Positions 1 through 12,444 of a DNA stretch of 64,000 nt are shown here, one piece after another. Both the position numbers and the translations under genes were made by a program. Origin of the DNA: Carcharhinus amblyrhynchos (Eukaryota); the NCBI GenBank assembly GCA_965287045.1, contig OZ336873.1, positions 98,084,001-98,148,000 of the forward strand, in the 5' to 3' direction. Every line of letters starts with the position of its first letter. The first letter of the stretch is position 1. Under the pieces are notes generated by a model that was not told the DNA's origin, did not search any database, and saw nothing but the letters and a program-made list of their open reading frames with translations.

Positions 1-154
1 GCTGGCAATCAGTGTGCCCAACACCGAAGCAAACGCTGTCTTCACTCAGCTCAAACCAGTGAGCATGGCTGACGGAGCTCGCGAGGAGCAGCCCGTCTTT
101 GAGGACATCAAGCCGGCCATCCGGATGATGGAGAACCCGCCCGACTTGTCTCAG
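1..154 (+). CDS. KLF5: KLF5-family transcription factor, coding exon 1 (5' part outside window)
   Basis: Frame from nt 2 is open: LAISVPNTEANAVFTQLKPV...PPDLSQ. VFTQLKPV and DLSQ match the KLF5 N-terminal VFAQLKPV and DLVQ. Donor CAG|GTAAAA at 154/155, phase 0. Confidence 0.88.
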
Positions 155-700
155 GTAAAAAGCCAGAGCAATCCGACCTCCCGCTGCTTCTTAACTCTTA
201 CTTCCCAGCTCTTTCTCCAGGTCCGCCCTGTGCTCAGAACGAACCGCGCCAAAACCAAAAGGTGTTTATTAACTTCCACCCATCTACCCCCCCCCCCAAC
301 TTGTTACTTTTTCTTTCATGCTTTTCGTCAGCTGTTTGGGGAAGTTGGGAATGTTGGTGATGGGCCAAGGTGAGGATTGAAATAAAAGTGGGGCTTATGG
401 AAGTTTTTTTTGGGTGTGTGTAATCCGTAGGACAAACTAGTTAAAATCAGAACAGGTCGGAAGGCGGCCTTTCTTCGTTAGCTGGGGCAGAGCCGCAAAA
501 CATTTGAAAGGGTGACGGCTCCGAGTGTGTTTGCAAAGTAAAACCACTTGCATCGACTTTCAAAATCGAAGGGTCGTGTAACTAGCTTAGGATTCGTGTA
601 TTTTTTTTTCTTTTATTTCGTTTCCTTCGTAAAATTCTGTGGCTGCGCCTGTTTACCCGAAACGAAAAGCTACAAATCCAAGGGAGATTTTCATTCGAGT
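1..700. promoter_or_regulatory. CpG-rich 5' region (edge of CpG island over exon 1 / start of intron 1)
   Basis: CpG dinucleotides are visibly frequent in 1-700 and fade by ~1200; the rest of intron 1 is AT-rich and CpG-poor. Confidence 0.6.
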
Positions 701-3700
701 AAATTTAATCAAATGGACTGAAATGCTCTCTCTGTTTATGTTGAATGAGACTTAATACTTGGACCGTGAACTGTCAAAGGTGGGGACTGATTGAAAGCAG
801 GTCGGGGAGATATTTATAAACAAATTGTAGAAGAAGATAGTTTACTCTGGTGCGTATCATCAATAAACAATGCACTTTCTAATACTTTATCGCAGTTTAA
901 AGTTGAAATGCATCAACTCCAAACAGCACATGCACGAGTCCGTTAGAAAACTCCCAAGAGCTGCTGTAAGATAGTAGGGCATGGCCAAACATGAACTTCC
1001 AATGGAGGAGAAACAAAACAAAGAACGAAAATTTTTTGAGATATATACCCACACAGACAGTTTAAATCCATGATTCTGTGTCTAGACTCCTTATCGCTAT
1101 GCTGCGGGCATTCAGGTGGGAAGCATTAATGACTTCAAAAGTTAGTATCAAGTCCGTTGAGCATTTCTCATAATTAGCACAGGATCGGGGAGATTTGAGA
1201 CTATGACAGCCATTTTAATTTGAATTAAAATGTGATCTTTATCTTCTCCCCACCCCCGTGATTAGAATAATAAATATATATTTGTTAGTGACGGGCAATA
1301 TTTTGGTATTGTTTTGGGCAAGTTGAGAAAGAAGTGCCAAAATTGGGCTGAATGTTGCCTGGAGAACAGTGGCCACTGCTCCTGAGCATTGTTGTAAATT
1401 GTTAAAGGTACATCCTGTGACTTATTTGATATACTGATAGTCCATTTACAATTGTTTTAATTAATTCAGAAAGGTTATTGTTATTGTCAAAAAATTCAAA
1501 ATGAATAATTGAAATTTAATAGTCTTGTTTATGTTACATATCCAGTTTCATTGTTAGCTGCTGCCTTCGGAGATTTGGATCTAGGAGTCCTTGCTACAAT
1601 GTTAAATTCATTTTAAGTTTTAGTTGTAGGCATGCTGCGCAAAGAGATAAGGTACTCAGTCTGGCTGAGATGCAGAAGCCATTGGACCAGTGTTGTATCA
1701 TTTCAGGAACAAATATTGGCCATGGTCAGATCCATGAGCATGACTGGAACCAGTCTTTCAATCTTCCATTTGCTTTACTACTTTTATTGTATCTTTAATG
1801 ATAGAATCTAGAATTAAAGCAGTCATAAACAAATGCTAAAATAAGAACAAAAATCATATGCATTTTTTTAGCAAGAATAATTTTAGTATTTTATTGCCTC
1901 CTGTGATAATCATTAAGGTTTAGGATAAAAGTTACTGTGCAAAAAATATTCAGGAGAACTTTGTTTTCATCTTTATAGCACAAATATAGAAATGGGAGGG
2001 TTGGCACCATCTTGGTCAAGATGAGAACTATGGAATATAAATTGAAGACACCTTTTTTGTGTATTTATTTAGCAAATCATTTGAGAATAACTTCCCTGAA
2101 ACAATCTGGTTTTGAAAATTAATTGATTTCTTTAAAATAATATTAGGAAAGTATTACTTTTTACAATATATTTTGTTTTTTTTTTCAATTTTGAATTCTG
2201 GGTGTACATGCACCTGCGATGTGTGATACATACACATGCATTTTATACGTACACACTGGTGTCAACTAGGAATAAGAAAGCAGCCACCTTGAAGATATTC
2301 AGTGTATCTAAAGTTGTTTGAATTAACCTCTTTATTAAGTAGCAAGATGAATGGTAGCTTGGTGGGTGTGTTGTTTAGCTTTTATCTTAGTTTTTGCTCG
2401 GATGTAGTACTCATCTACTGTTAATGTGGCTGTATTTTTAAAATGTAGGATAAGTAACTTCTACAAATACATCAATTAATTTAATAAGATATCTAAAATT
2501 CTTCTGGGATTGGATTTAACCTGCTGAAACACCAAATGCATTAAATTCCAATGATTTGTGCACAAATAATAAAAATAATTGTCATCAACAAAATTGTTTG
2601 TTTATTCTTTTGAAATATTCAAAATGAACTAATATCATTGTGGCTTGAAATCAAAATTAATAGCATAATCCTTTGCTAAACCTGGTTAAGAACCTTGCCT
2701 TTTTACATTTTGCAGAAAAGCATTGTTAACAATAAATATGCAAAATGAATAATTAATGGTAAAAGAATCCCACATTGGAACATAAAATAAATATGGTCTG
2801 TTATGGATTTTAATAAGAGTAATTCAGAAATACAATTGTTTTGTACTGTCAACACATGAAGAAGCAGTCAGTATACACATTGACAGATTAAAATGCCCTT
2901 AAATTTTGATGTATGAACTACTTTTAAATTTTATCAACAACATTCTTTTGAATATATTTTGTTCTTCACTATAAACACCGGTCCTCAGCCATCTAGAATG
3001 GGAGAGGTTGTGTCCTCAATTAAAATGTGCTTCTTTAAATCTTTTAGTTGACATTCTGAAACATTGGAAAGGCAAAACAAAAATTATTGATATCTTCCAA
3101 TATCTGTATGTTTAGTAGATTATATATCTTATTTTTAAGCTTGAATAGTAAGTATGTGCTCTCAAATCCAAGCTGCATTATGAAGTCTCAACTGTGCACT
3201 GTTTACATTTAATTGTCTCACTATAGAGTGCAGTGATAAACTACAACTTATTATTCATGTTAGTTTTTTTAAGTCCAAACATTGAAACTCAAATGTATTT
3301 TAATGTGAATATGTAGAATATTAATTTAACATATTAAAACATTTTAAAGCTTCATATAAGCTTAATCAAATGCTTTCTTTGTATGAGTGTACTAATATAA
3401 TTTTCAACTTTCTGCATTATTTTCTACTTTTAAGTCCCAAATACCTTTTTAGTAACTTGCGAACTGTCTACATTGAAAACCATTTGAGTTTTTATTATCC
3501 AGTAAAAATTGTTTATAGATTTTGAGTATAAATAACTGTGCTTCCACTGTATACCTCCAATCCCCAGGCTCTTTCTATAGGTCAGCTGAGTCCTTCTCTA
3601 GACATTTATTGGGCATTTTCTTTCTGCTCCTGTTAATGTCCAGCGGCTGCTGCAGTTTCAAAAGATAAGATTTGACAATTGTTTAAAGTTAATTAAATTA

Positions 3701-3986
3701 GCACAGGTGGCACAATGGTTAGCACTGGTGCCTCACAGCTCTAGAGACCTTGGTTCGATTCCTGGCTTGAGTCACTGTCAGTGTAGAGTCTGCACATTCT
3801 CCCCATGTTTGCATGGGTTTGTTCCAGTTTCCTCCAACAGATGTGCTAGTTAGGTGCATTGGCCATGCTAAATTCTCTCTCAGTGTGCTCAAACAGGTGC
3901 CAGAGTGTGGCGACTAGGGCATTTTCATCGTTGTTTCATTACAGTGTTAATGTAAGACTACTTGTGACAATAATAAAGAAACTTTA
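3701..3986 (+). mobile_element. tRNA-derived HE1/V-SINE-like element, tail type B
   Basis: A box GGTGGCACAATGGTTAGC, B box GGTTCGATTCC, V-domain body, tail ...GTGTTAATGTAAGACTACTTGTGACAATAATAAA. Confidence 0.88.
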
Positions 3987-4449
3987 ATTACCAATCAGTG
4001 GCAACTAGATATTAAAAATCTAGATGAAGAAACTTTTGGGCCTTAATTTCTTTGAACCTGTGTTAATGTCAAACAAATCTTACCAGCACATAAAGAATAG
4101 ATTTAAAGAAAGAAAAGCTGATGTTTTGCCCAAGTTTGCCTGTAAGTTACTAATTTTACAATAATGAGACTTATTTTGCAATTACCTGACTTTTGTTAAC
4201 CATTCTTATATTTTCTGGCTTCATTTGTGGTTCCTGCTAATCACTTTATCCTGAAATTTGTCTTAGTCAAAAAAAATTAAGCATTCAGGTGAGAGTTCCA
4301 AATCTTGGAAAGTCAAACCAAATAGCAAACCTTTGTAACTAGCAAGAGTTTTCTGCCATAATTAGCCAATACAGCCATCAGGATGAAAAAAATGATTTGG
4401 CAAACATACTTGAACTTTGCTTCACTGACTTCATTATTACATTTATTTT

Positions 4450-4807
4450 AATTGGATTTAAGTCCCACTGGGACATGAGCACAAAAATCAAACCTGACAC
4501 TTTGGTGCAGCGCTGAGGGAGCACTGTATTGTCAGAGATGCCATCCTTCATAGGTCCCAACTACCCTCTCGAATGAATGTAAAATATCTTGTCACTGTTT
4601 TGATAAAGAGCAGGACAGTTATCCCTGAAATTCTGGTCAACATTTATCCCTCAATCAACATCATAAAAACAGATTATCTGATCATTGCTATGTTTGGGAT
4701 CTTGCTGTGTAGAAATTGGTTGTCTTGTGACTACATTTCAGAAGTATTTCATTAGCTGCAAAACTCTTTCAGATGTCAACAGGTGCTATATAAATGCAAG
4801 TTTTCTT
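4450..4807 (+). mobile_element. Deu-domain SINE (SacSINE1/AmnSINE1-related)
   Basis: GTGCAGCGCTGAGGGAGCACTG...AAGAGCAGG...ATTTATCCCTCAATCAACATC...AACAGATTATCTG...GGTGCTATATAAATGCAAG follows the Deu-domain and L2-type tail pattern. Confidence 0.75.
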
Positions 4808-6681
4808 GGAATGTTTAAGTATAATTAGCAATGCTGGCAGAGACTTCTGTATTTGTGGATAACTAGTATTCAAAGGAGAAGGCTAATTTACATTGAATAA
4901 ACTATTTGATATGTGCTGCTCGAGTTCATATATAACTGCTTTGCAACTGAACCCACTTTTATAACAGATCATAAATTTGTGGGGTTAGATCACGGTAGGT
5001 AATTTAACTGATTCTATTTCATTGGCCAAAATTTAACACGCTCAAAGTTACATGGTTATTGACCCAAGTAAAGCATTTTTAAATGTTCTGGTTGGCAACA
5101 AAAAACCTCTTAGGCTAAAATTGATTGTTTAATGGCCTAATTTTTATAGCATGCCAATGCTGGAGTTAACTGAAAGTCCCTAGGCTATTCTATGTACTGT
5201 TATAAACTTTCTGTCTTTGAAATGGGCATTATCATTCCTATCAAGTTACCTAATTTAATTTCCAGAGGTTGTCTGGTTTATTTGCAGTTACAATATATTC
5301 TAACAGTTATTACTGTTTCTTAGCAATGTTTTAATTTTACAGTAATTTTAATATATTATTGTTGGTAGCCAACCCTATCCCGAATAGTTGATTGCTTTCA
5401 TCCTTATAATTTGTTCACAAATTTCCTCCCTTTCTCTCCAGGTAATGGTGGTGTGTGCCAGATGCCTTCTTGTAACTTGCCCAGATTATGTATACTAAAC
5501 ATAGAGCATGCACAACATATTGGAGCTACCACAATTGAAAACTAGTTTAGCTTCATCCAATGTTCTTGCATCTACTTTCCAGTAGTAGATTGTGGTCAGG
5601 AGTAGGAAGTCTGATATTATTTTCCCTTTCATAACCATGAACAATTGATTACTGTGTTCACAAGTAAGACTGGATAACTCTATACAATCTAAGTGGTTCA
5701 GTATGAATTGCAATTACAAATGTTATCACTGGGGAGGTTCTGTGTGGTACATTAAGGTGAAAATATTGCATATATGCATAAAAGATTGCTGTTTATCTTG
5801 AACACAGCTATTTGTCTTATGAAAATTATGAAAATAGGTAATTAGAATTTTACCGCACAAAATCATTAAAATATTTTAATTTCAAAATATAATCTTGAAT
5901 GTTCCTAGGTTAGATAAAAAAATTATATTGATGCAAGATCTAACCTTCGTACTTTTCATCTGATAATAATCCACTTGTATTGATTTTAAAGTGCTTTGTA
6001 TGCTAGTATTATAAATCATTATTCTGAAAAAAACAATCAGCCTTTGGATTGATTTTGGGACCAACAAAGTGGGTTGGACCAGTTTCATCCATTTGTGCTG
6101 TACTTGTCTTCCACAATTGTAAATGCCCTTTGAACCTTTAGGAGTGCTATTACCAGACCTTCAAACACAATCATTTTCTTAAATGGACATTGTTGCTTTT
6201 GAAGTTTTAAAATTAAAACTTCAAGGAATTTCTGTTTCAAGCTGAAAACTGTTCATCCGTTTCTGTAGCATGTCATATATTAACATCAAGTCTTGAGTGC
6301 ACAATGCAAGGAAATAGAATAGGTGAAATGAATGGCCACCATCTTTACTATGCTGCTGCAAAAGGTATTTGTAATAGAGACTTATAGCAAGAACTCAAAT
6401 GAGACTCAACATGCATATGCTGTGAACAGTTTGTAAACCCAACAACCAAATTCCTGACACAAGAATCCATAGTACTATCCAATCAATATCTTCTTTTAAT
6501 CCTTGTGAAAAAACTCAAAATTTACTATCCATATTGCAAAAGGTGCAGTCGCAATCCTGATTGGAGGGAAATGTATCTAAGTTACTCCTCTCTCTAAAGG
6601 AAAGGTTGGAATTCAAGGTCTTTTTGTCGAATCAGGATTATCAGTTCAGAATTATTTGGATTAAATTTAAATCAGATACAT

Positions 6682-7124
6682 GGGCTGGATTTTATAGCCC
6701 CTTGCAGCCCACCTGCCTTAACCAAATTAAGAATTAACAGCCAATTGATCAGGATATTACGCTGCCCACACCATAACGCAGTTGACATGGGAAGGCAGTC
6801 AGGAGCAGGTAGGCCATTTTTTGAAAAAAGATGGGAGGCAGGGAGGGCAGCTCATTGGGGAGTGCCCTGTGAGCATTGGGTACATGGTCTCCCACCCTTC
6901 CCAAATGTCATCTTCGGCTTCCAGTTGCAGTCTCAGCAGCACCCACGACTATGCCCTGCGCTGTTGAGGATATGCGACTTCCTCACACTGAGGGGTGGAA
7001 TTCCCACTCTCACCTAGTCTATCCTGCTGGCAGTGCTTTATGGCTGCCAGCTGACCTTCCTTCTGAGGGTCTGCGTGAGGGATGGGGGGCAGTTTGCCAT
7101 CTCCCACGCCATAAAATCCAGTCC
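6682..7124. mobile_element. Non-autonomous DNA transposon (Harbinger-like MITE)
   Basis: Terminal inverted repeats GGGCTGGATTTTATAGC / GCCATAAAATCCAGTCC around a GC-rich interior in AT-rich flanks. Confidence 0.7.
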
Positions 7125-7180
7125 ATTGTTTCTTAATTTTTAGCATAATTTCTTTAGGTTTCGGAGTAAGCATCCTTACT

Positions 7181-7511
7181 CAGTGGTTAGCACTGCTGCT
7201 TCACAGCTCCAGGGACCTGGGTTCGATTCCCAGCTTGGATCACTGTCTGTGTGGAGTTTGCACATTCTCCTCGTGTCTGCTTGGGTTTCCTCTGGGTGCT
7301 CCGGTTTTCTCCCACAGTCCAAAGATGTGCAGGTTAGGTTGATTGGCCATGATTAAATTGCCCTTTATAGTCCTGAGATGCGTAGGTTGTAGGGATTAGT
7401 GGATAAAATATGTAGGGATATGAGGTAAGGCCTGGGATTGTGTTTGGTGCAGATTCGATAGGCCGAATGGCCTCTTTCTGCACTGTAGGGTTTTATGATT
7501 CTATGATTCTA
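7181..7511 (+). mobile_element. HE1/V-SINE-like element, tail type A (CR1-type tail), 5'-truncated
   Basis: V-domain body; tail GGCCGAATGGCCTC...CTGTAGGG...ATGATTCTATGATTCT. TACTCAGT duplicated at 7177-7184 and 7510-7517. Confidence 0.9.
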
Positions 7512-7580
7512 CTCAGTAATTTTTAACAGAGATGACAATTGTAATAAGTTTAAGGCCATTAGGCATGCTTAGTTAAAATG

Positions 7581-7866
7581 CGGCAGCACGGTAGCACAGT
7601 GGTTAGTGCTGCTGCTTCACAGCGCCAGGGACCTGGGTTCAATTCCCAGCTTACATCACTGTCTGTGTAGAGTTTGCATGTTCTCCACATGTCTGCGTGT
7701 GTTTCGTTCTGGTACTTTGGTTTCCTCCCACATTCTGAAGGACATGCTGGTTAGGTGCATTGATCCAATCAGGTGCTGGATTGTGGTGACTAGGGGAATT
7801 TCACAGTAACTTCATTGCAGTGTTAATGTCAGCCTTATTTGTGACTAACAAATAAATAAACTTTAC
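7581..7866 (+). mobile_element. HE1/V-SINE-like element, tail type B
   Basis: CGGCAGCACGGTAGCACAGTGGTTAG head; tail CACAGTAACTTCATTGCAGTGTTAATG...AATAAATAAACTTTA. Confidence 0.9.
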
Positions 7867-9660
7867 TTAAATTTGTCCTTGTTTTGTTTCTTGAATTCCA
7901 GCAGTCTTGATTAGAAATAACTTATGTTGAGTTTACCTTTGCACAATTAGCTTAGAAGTTACAAAAAAAAGTAATAGAATAAAGATAAACTGTAGGTGTT
8001 CATGTTGGACAGAAAACATCAAGATCCTGATTAATTAAAAAGTTATTTGACTTTTTTTCATGTCCTTTCAAATTTCTTCCTTCCTGTCTCTGAGTCATGC
8101 TGTGGAATGATGCCACTGGTACCAATGCATCTTTGGCAACTCGCCAAGTGGTTACACTTGTGTTGTCACGCTGTTTTACTGGATAGGCCATCACACCCAA
8201 AACTGATCCTGTCCCCACCAGACATGCAAGTTGTAGCATTCATCAACTGGCTGTGCACCTTCCCAACCCAGGATCACTGAAGCCAGTTGTGCCTTTGCTG
8301 TCACCTTGGCTGAGATCAGCTCACTCAGCCCAAACTGGACCTGGCCCTGGAATCTTCCTGCCATCTGCTGTCCAATGCCTCATAAAAGAATATTTTCTTA
8401 AAGCAATTGTAAATCTGAACACCTTTGCCTTCCACTAATCAACTTCAGGGAAAATGGAAAGTTAGGTCAGCAAAACCAACATAAAATTATTATCTGTCAA
8501 TATTTTAAGGAAATGGTGAATGAAGATGGTGACTCATTTGTGGCAGCACGACTCCTGAAATGTACAATTACCATATTTTATCACAATGATAATCAGTTGA
8601 AAAGGCACAGGTGCAATTGGGACAGATACTAGAAAATAATCACTTACCCAATTAAGCTCTACCTTTTCCAGATGCCCGCTGAAATGATTAACAGCAAAAC
8701 AATTTAACAAGAGGTTGAATTGTTGCAGTATTAAGTCACAATAGAGACAGTGCAAGTTCTAAGTTTCATGACCTTAAGTCAAATAGCATTGTACTGACAT
8801 CACTGTGCCAAGAATCACTTAGTATTATGTTTCTAATGGTGCCACTTCTTTGTCAGTTGATAAAATGCAGGACTTGGTCAGGAGCAAAGAGCCGTTATTT
8901 CCTTCTCCATTAAGAAATACAAACACAATCAATTTATGGATAACCAAATTGAGGCTTATGAGACATGGGCCACCTGGACAAATACACCTTTCCTCCCTTC
9001 TGGTTACTGCATGTCTAATTTTGGTCTTAATAGCCCAGCTTTCATTCGTGGTTTTTGGGAAAATTTCAGAAATTTATGCCTTACCTAATTTTTAGAGTAT
9101 AAATATACTCTTCCATTGAGATTTATCATGGTATAGAGATATTAATTAAGACATTCAATTAACTTTCATCTTTTGCAAAGCAAATGATCAAAATGAAGGA
9201 ATGATCATAGCAAACATCCCCACATTCAGCGTATTCCATGTTAAGTTTTGGACTAGGCAAAGAGTGAAAAATATGTTCTTATCACATTGGAGATTAAAGA
9301 TAGCTTTAAGCTCTCCAACTCTACCTGTCAATCCTGAGAATTTGGTCTTACTGTTGTTCAGAATTCTTAAATCAGTAGCTGTAGACTTGATTTCCCTTTT
9401 GTAATGAAAACTACATTGGCCAACTAAAAAACAAATCCTGTTCCTTTAAAAGGATATGTAAAACAGAAAACTTTAATATCAGTGGATTTATTTGATCTCA
9501 GCAATGTTTAATCTCAGCACACTGATCAATCCTACAGTGATAGCAAATGAAATAAATGTAATATAACCATAATTTTGCACTTTAATTATGAGGCTTGCTG
9601 TAAACTACATTGACTATTGTGATAAAGCAATGAATTTGATATTAATTGGATATAGTTAAT

Positions 9661-9955
9661 CGGGTGGCACAGTGGCTAGCATTGCTGCCTCACAATGCCA
9701 GGGGTCCAGATTTGATTCCAGCTTTGGGTGACTATCTGTGTGGAGTTTGCATATTCACCCCGTATCTGTGGGTTTCCTTCCACACTCCAAAGATGTGCGG
9801 ATTAGGTTTATTGGTCATGCTAAATTGCCCCATAGTGTCAGGGCAACTGGCAGGGTAAATACCTAAGGTTACGGAGATACAGTGGGATTGTTGTCGGTGC
9901 TGGCTTGATGGGCCAAATGGCTTCCTTCTGTGCTGTAGAATTCTACGATTCTATA
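9661..9955 (+). mobile_element. HE1/V-SINE-like element, tail type A
   Basis: GGTGGCACAGTGGCTAGC head; tail GGGCCAAATGGCTTCCTTCTGTGCTGTAGAATTCTACGATTCTA. Confidence 0.85.
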
Positions 9956-10310
9956 AGGGCAAACAGTTGCTTGAAACTAATTGTCACTATCTACTAATCA
10001 AAATCATTGGTTGCTTTTATCAGCCACAATTTGCAAAGCTAATATGGAAACAGAGAGTTTCATAACTGAATGGAAGGAAGACATTGATGTATAGAACAAC
10101 CTACATGACCTGTTGTGCATGACTTTTCTGTATATTTCCCATCAAATTAATATGTTGGAGAATTTGTGATGACAATTGGGTCTGAATAATTTGTCAGTTC
10201 TTTGCTAATACCTGCTTACATGTTTTGATAGGAAGAAAATGATTATTTACTAATGTTGATGTTTACCTAATTGTTCTATAAGAAGTCCTATTTTGTGTGG
10301 TATTTTAAAT

Positions 10311-10640
10311 TCATGCATGAGACTTGGGCATCGCTGGCTAGCCAGCATTTATTGCCCATCCCGAGTTGCCTGAGGGCAGGTGTGAGTCAACCACATTACT
10401 ATGGCTCTGGCATCACATATAGACAGACTGGATAAGGATGGCAGATTTCCTTCCCTGAAGGACATTAGTGAACCAAATGGATTTTTCCGACAATCGACAA
10501 TTGTTTTATCGTCATCAGTGGATTCTTAATTCCCAATACTTTTTATTGAATTCAAATTTCGCCATCTACTGTGGCAGAATTCGAACTTGGGTCCTCAGAA
10601 CATGAGCTGATTTTTCGGACTAACAGTCTAGCAATAATAA
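10311..10640 (-). mobile_element. Second tRNA-derived SINE family
   Basis: Minus strand has a B-box-like GTTCGAATTCTGCC and ends in GGGATGGGCAATAAATGCTGGC...GCGATGCCCA, a tail also seen at 25403-25468 and ~35350-35410. Confidence 0.7.
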
Positions 10641-11315
10641 GTATTAGTGATGAATATTTTAACATACCATGTAGATGTTGCTAAATGATTATACTATTTA
10701 TCGAGTTGCTGGACATGTACATGTTGACTATATTTGAATTGCCAATGCTGCCCTCTTTGTTTTTCTTTATCATTTGCTTACCTGAGGAATACTTTACAGA
10801 GGTAAAGACTCCACTAAGTGCCAAATGAGTAATAGTTACATTTTCAAGGAACTTAAAATTGCTTTAGGCTTCCAGAAATTCTGTGTCATTACATTTGTTT
10901 GATTAAAAAATGTGCAAGTAAAGTAAATAACAAAACACAGTGCATTCGTGCTGAGAAATATACTTTAAATAAGATGAGTTCCTTACAATACCTGACTAAA
11001 GGAGTGAGCTGAGGGCTATCCTAGCCCCAGGCTATCCCCAAAGGCACTATTGAAGTTGGACAAGAACATACTCTGATTCACCAGCAGGGGAAACACCTCA
11101 CTTCCATCTGGTGCCTCTCTTCTTATGCAAAATTCATCACATGCACAAAGGGGAGATACATTCTCATTTCATAACTTTAAATCTCAACATGTACTAAACC
11201 TGGGGTGAAGTATTTTCTGGGATATCTTAGAAGTATACTTGTAGTGAACCATGACCAAAATAATTGAGAATTTTGTGCATTGGTCACATTGCCTCTGTTC
11301 TTACTTATACACAAA

Positions 11316-12077
11316 GGGCTACATTTTACGTGGCCCCACCAGGTGTGTTTTCTGTGTTGGGCGGGGAGGATGGTGCACATAAAATAGATGAATTCCCACC
11401 CTGCCATATTCGTGCCCACCCCCATAATGGAGGATGGGGCATGGTGAGTGAAATGGGCAGCTTTCCCACCATTTTTTAATCAATAAGCCAATTGACCCTG
11501 ACAGTACATTGCCTAACCCATAAAATGGTTGGCAGGGGCAGTTGGGTGGGAGTGGGCAAACAGATTTTTTAAAATTTCTCAAAGAATAGCAAAGAAGGAG
11601 AATATTAATTTCAGAACAAATTGGGGGGGGGCGCGGTTTGTGGAATGACGTCCCTAAAATAACATCACCATTTTCTTCTTTCTCACCTGCTGCATTAAAC
11701 ACTTCACCCCACCCTCTTCCTCCAACTTCCCCAAACCCTCTCCATCCAAGACCCTTGACTCTTGGATTCATTAGGTTTTATTCTTTCTGGTTGCAGTCCT
11801 GGCAATGTCCCCTAATGTGCCTTTGGCACCACTGGGACTGATGGTCCTGCCGACAATCAGATTCTCCAGTAGCTGCTGACTGTGGGACTTCCTCTCCAGT
11901 AAAGGGCAGACACCCCACACTGCCCCTTTCCAGCCCACCTATAGTGTATTATGGCTACAGGGCAGACTAGCGTGAAGTGGGTTGTTTCCTTGCCGACTTT
12001 AGTTTGGGGGAGGTGGGGTACAGTGTGAGGGGGAGGCGAGCAGTCTTGCCCAAGGTTTCACAATGAGATGCGGCTTT
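11316..12077. mobile_element. Degenerate GC-rich non-autonomous DNA transposon (Harbinger-like)
   Basis: Begins GGGCTACATTTTACG, similar to the TIRs at 6682 and 45293. GC-rich interior; right end decayed. Confidence 0.45.
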
Positions 12078-12444
12078 AATGTGTCATTATTATTTTAGAT
12101 ACTGTAAGGACTGTGTTAGGAGCTGAGCTTTTATACCTCAGCGGAAGATTTTGCACAATGGGACAGAATTTCACCAGCATTTGGGAGCACATATGGAGGT
12201 GGGTGGGCATGGAAATTCAGTTTGACGACACCTTCCTGCTCCAGATCAAACCAACTTTGATAAGTTAATGGACAATCAGCTTGTGGATTACCCGTGGTGT
12301 TGAGAACTGAGCCAGCTGCCTAGCTGCAACTTCCTAGTGCACAAACATCAGCGCTCCAGGCAAATTTTGTAACCATTCCTGCCTACCATGTTGCAGTAGC
12401 TCCAATTGCAGTTCATCCTTCCCCTCTGTAATGGTGGCACAAGA

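Noticed and set aside
155-373. Continuation of ORF 14..373 as a 119-aa protein
   Set aside because: KLF5 similarity stops at the GT donor at 155; the rest is intron read-through.
3701-3775. tRNA genes at A-box/B-box motifs
   Set aside because: These are SINE heads followed by V-domain bodies, with no complete cloverleaf.
11319-11771. 150-aa minus-strand ORF
   Set aside because: Inside a decayed GC-rich repeat; no recognisable protein motifs or splice context.
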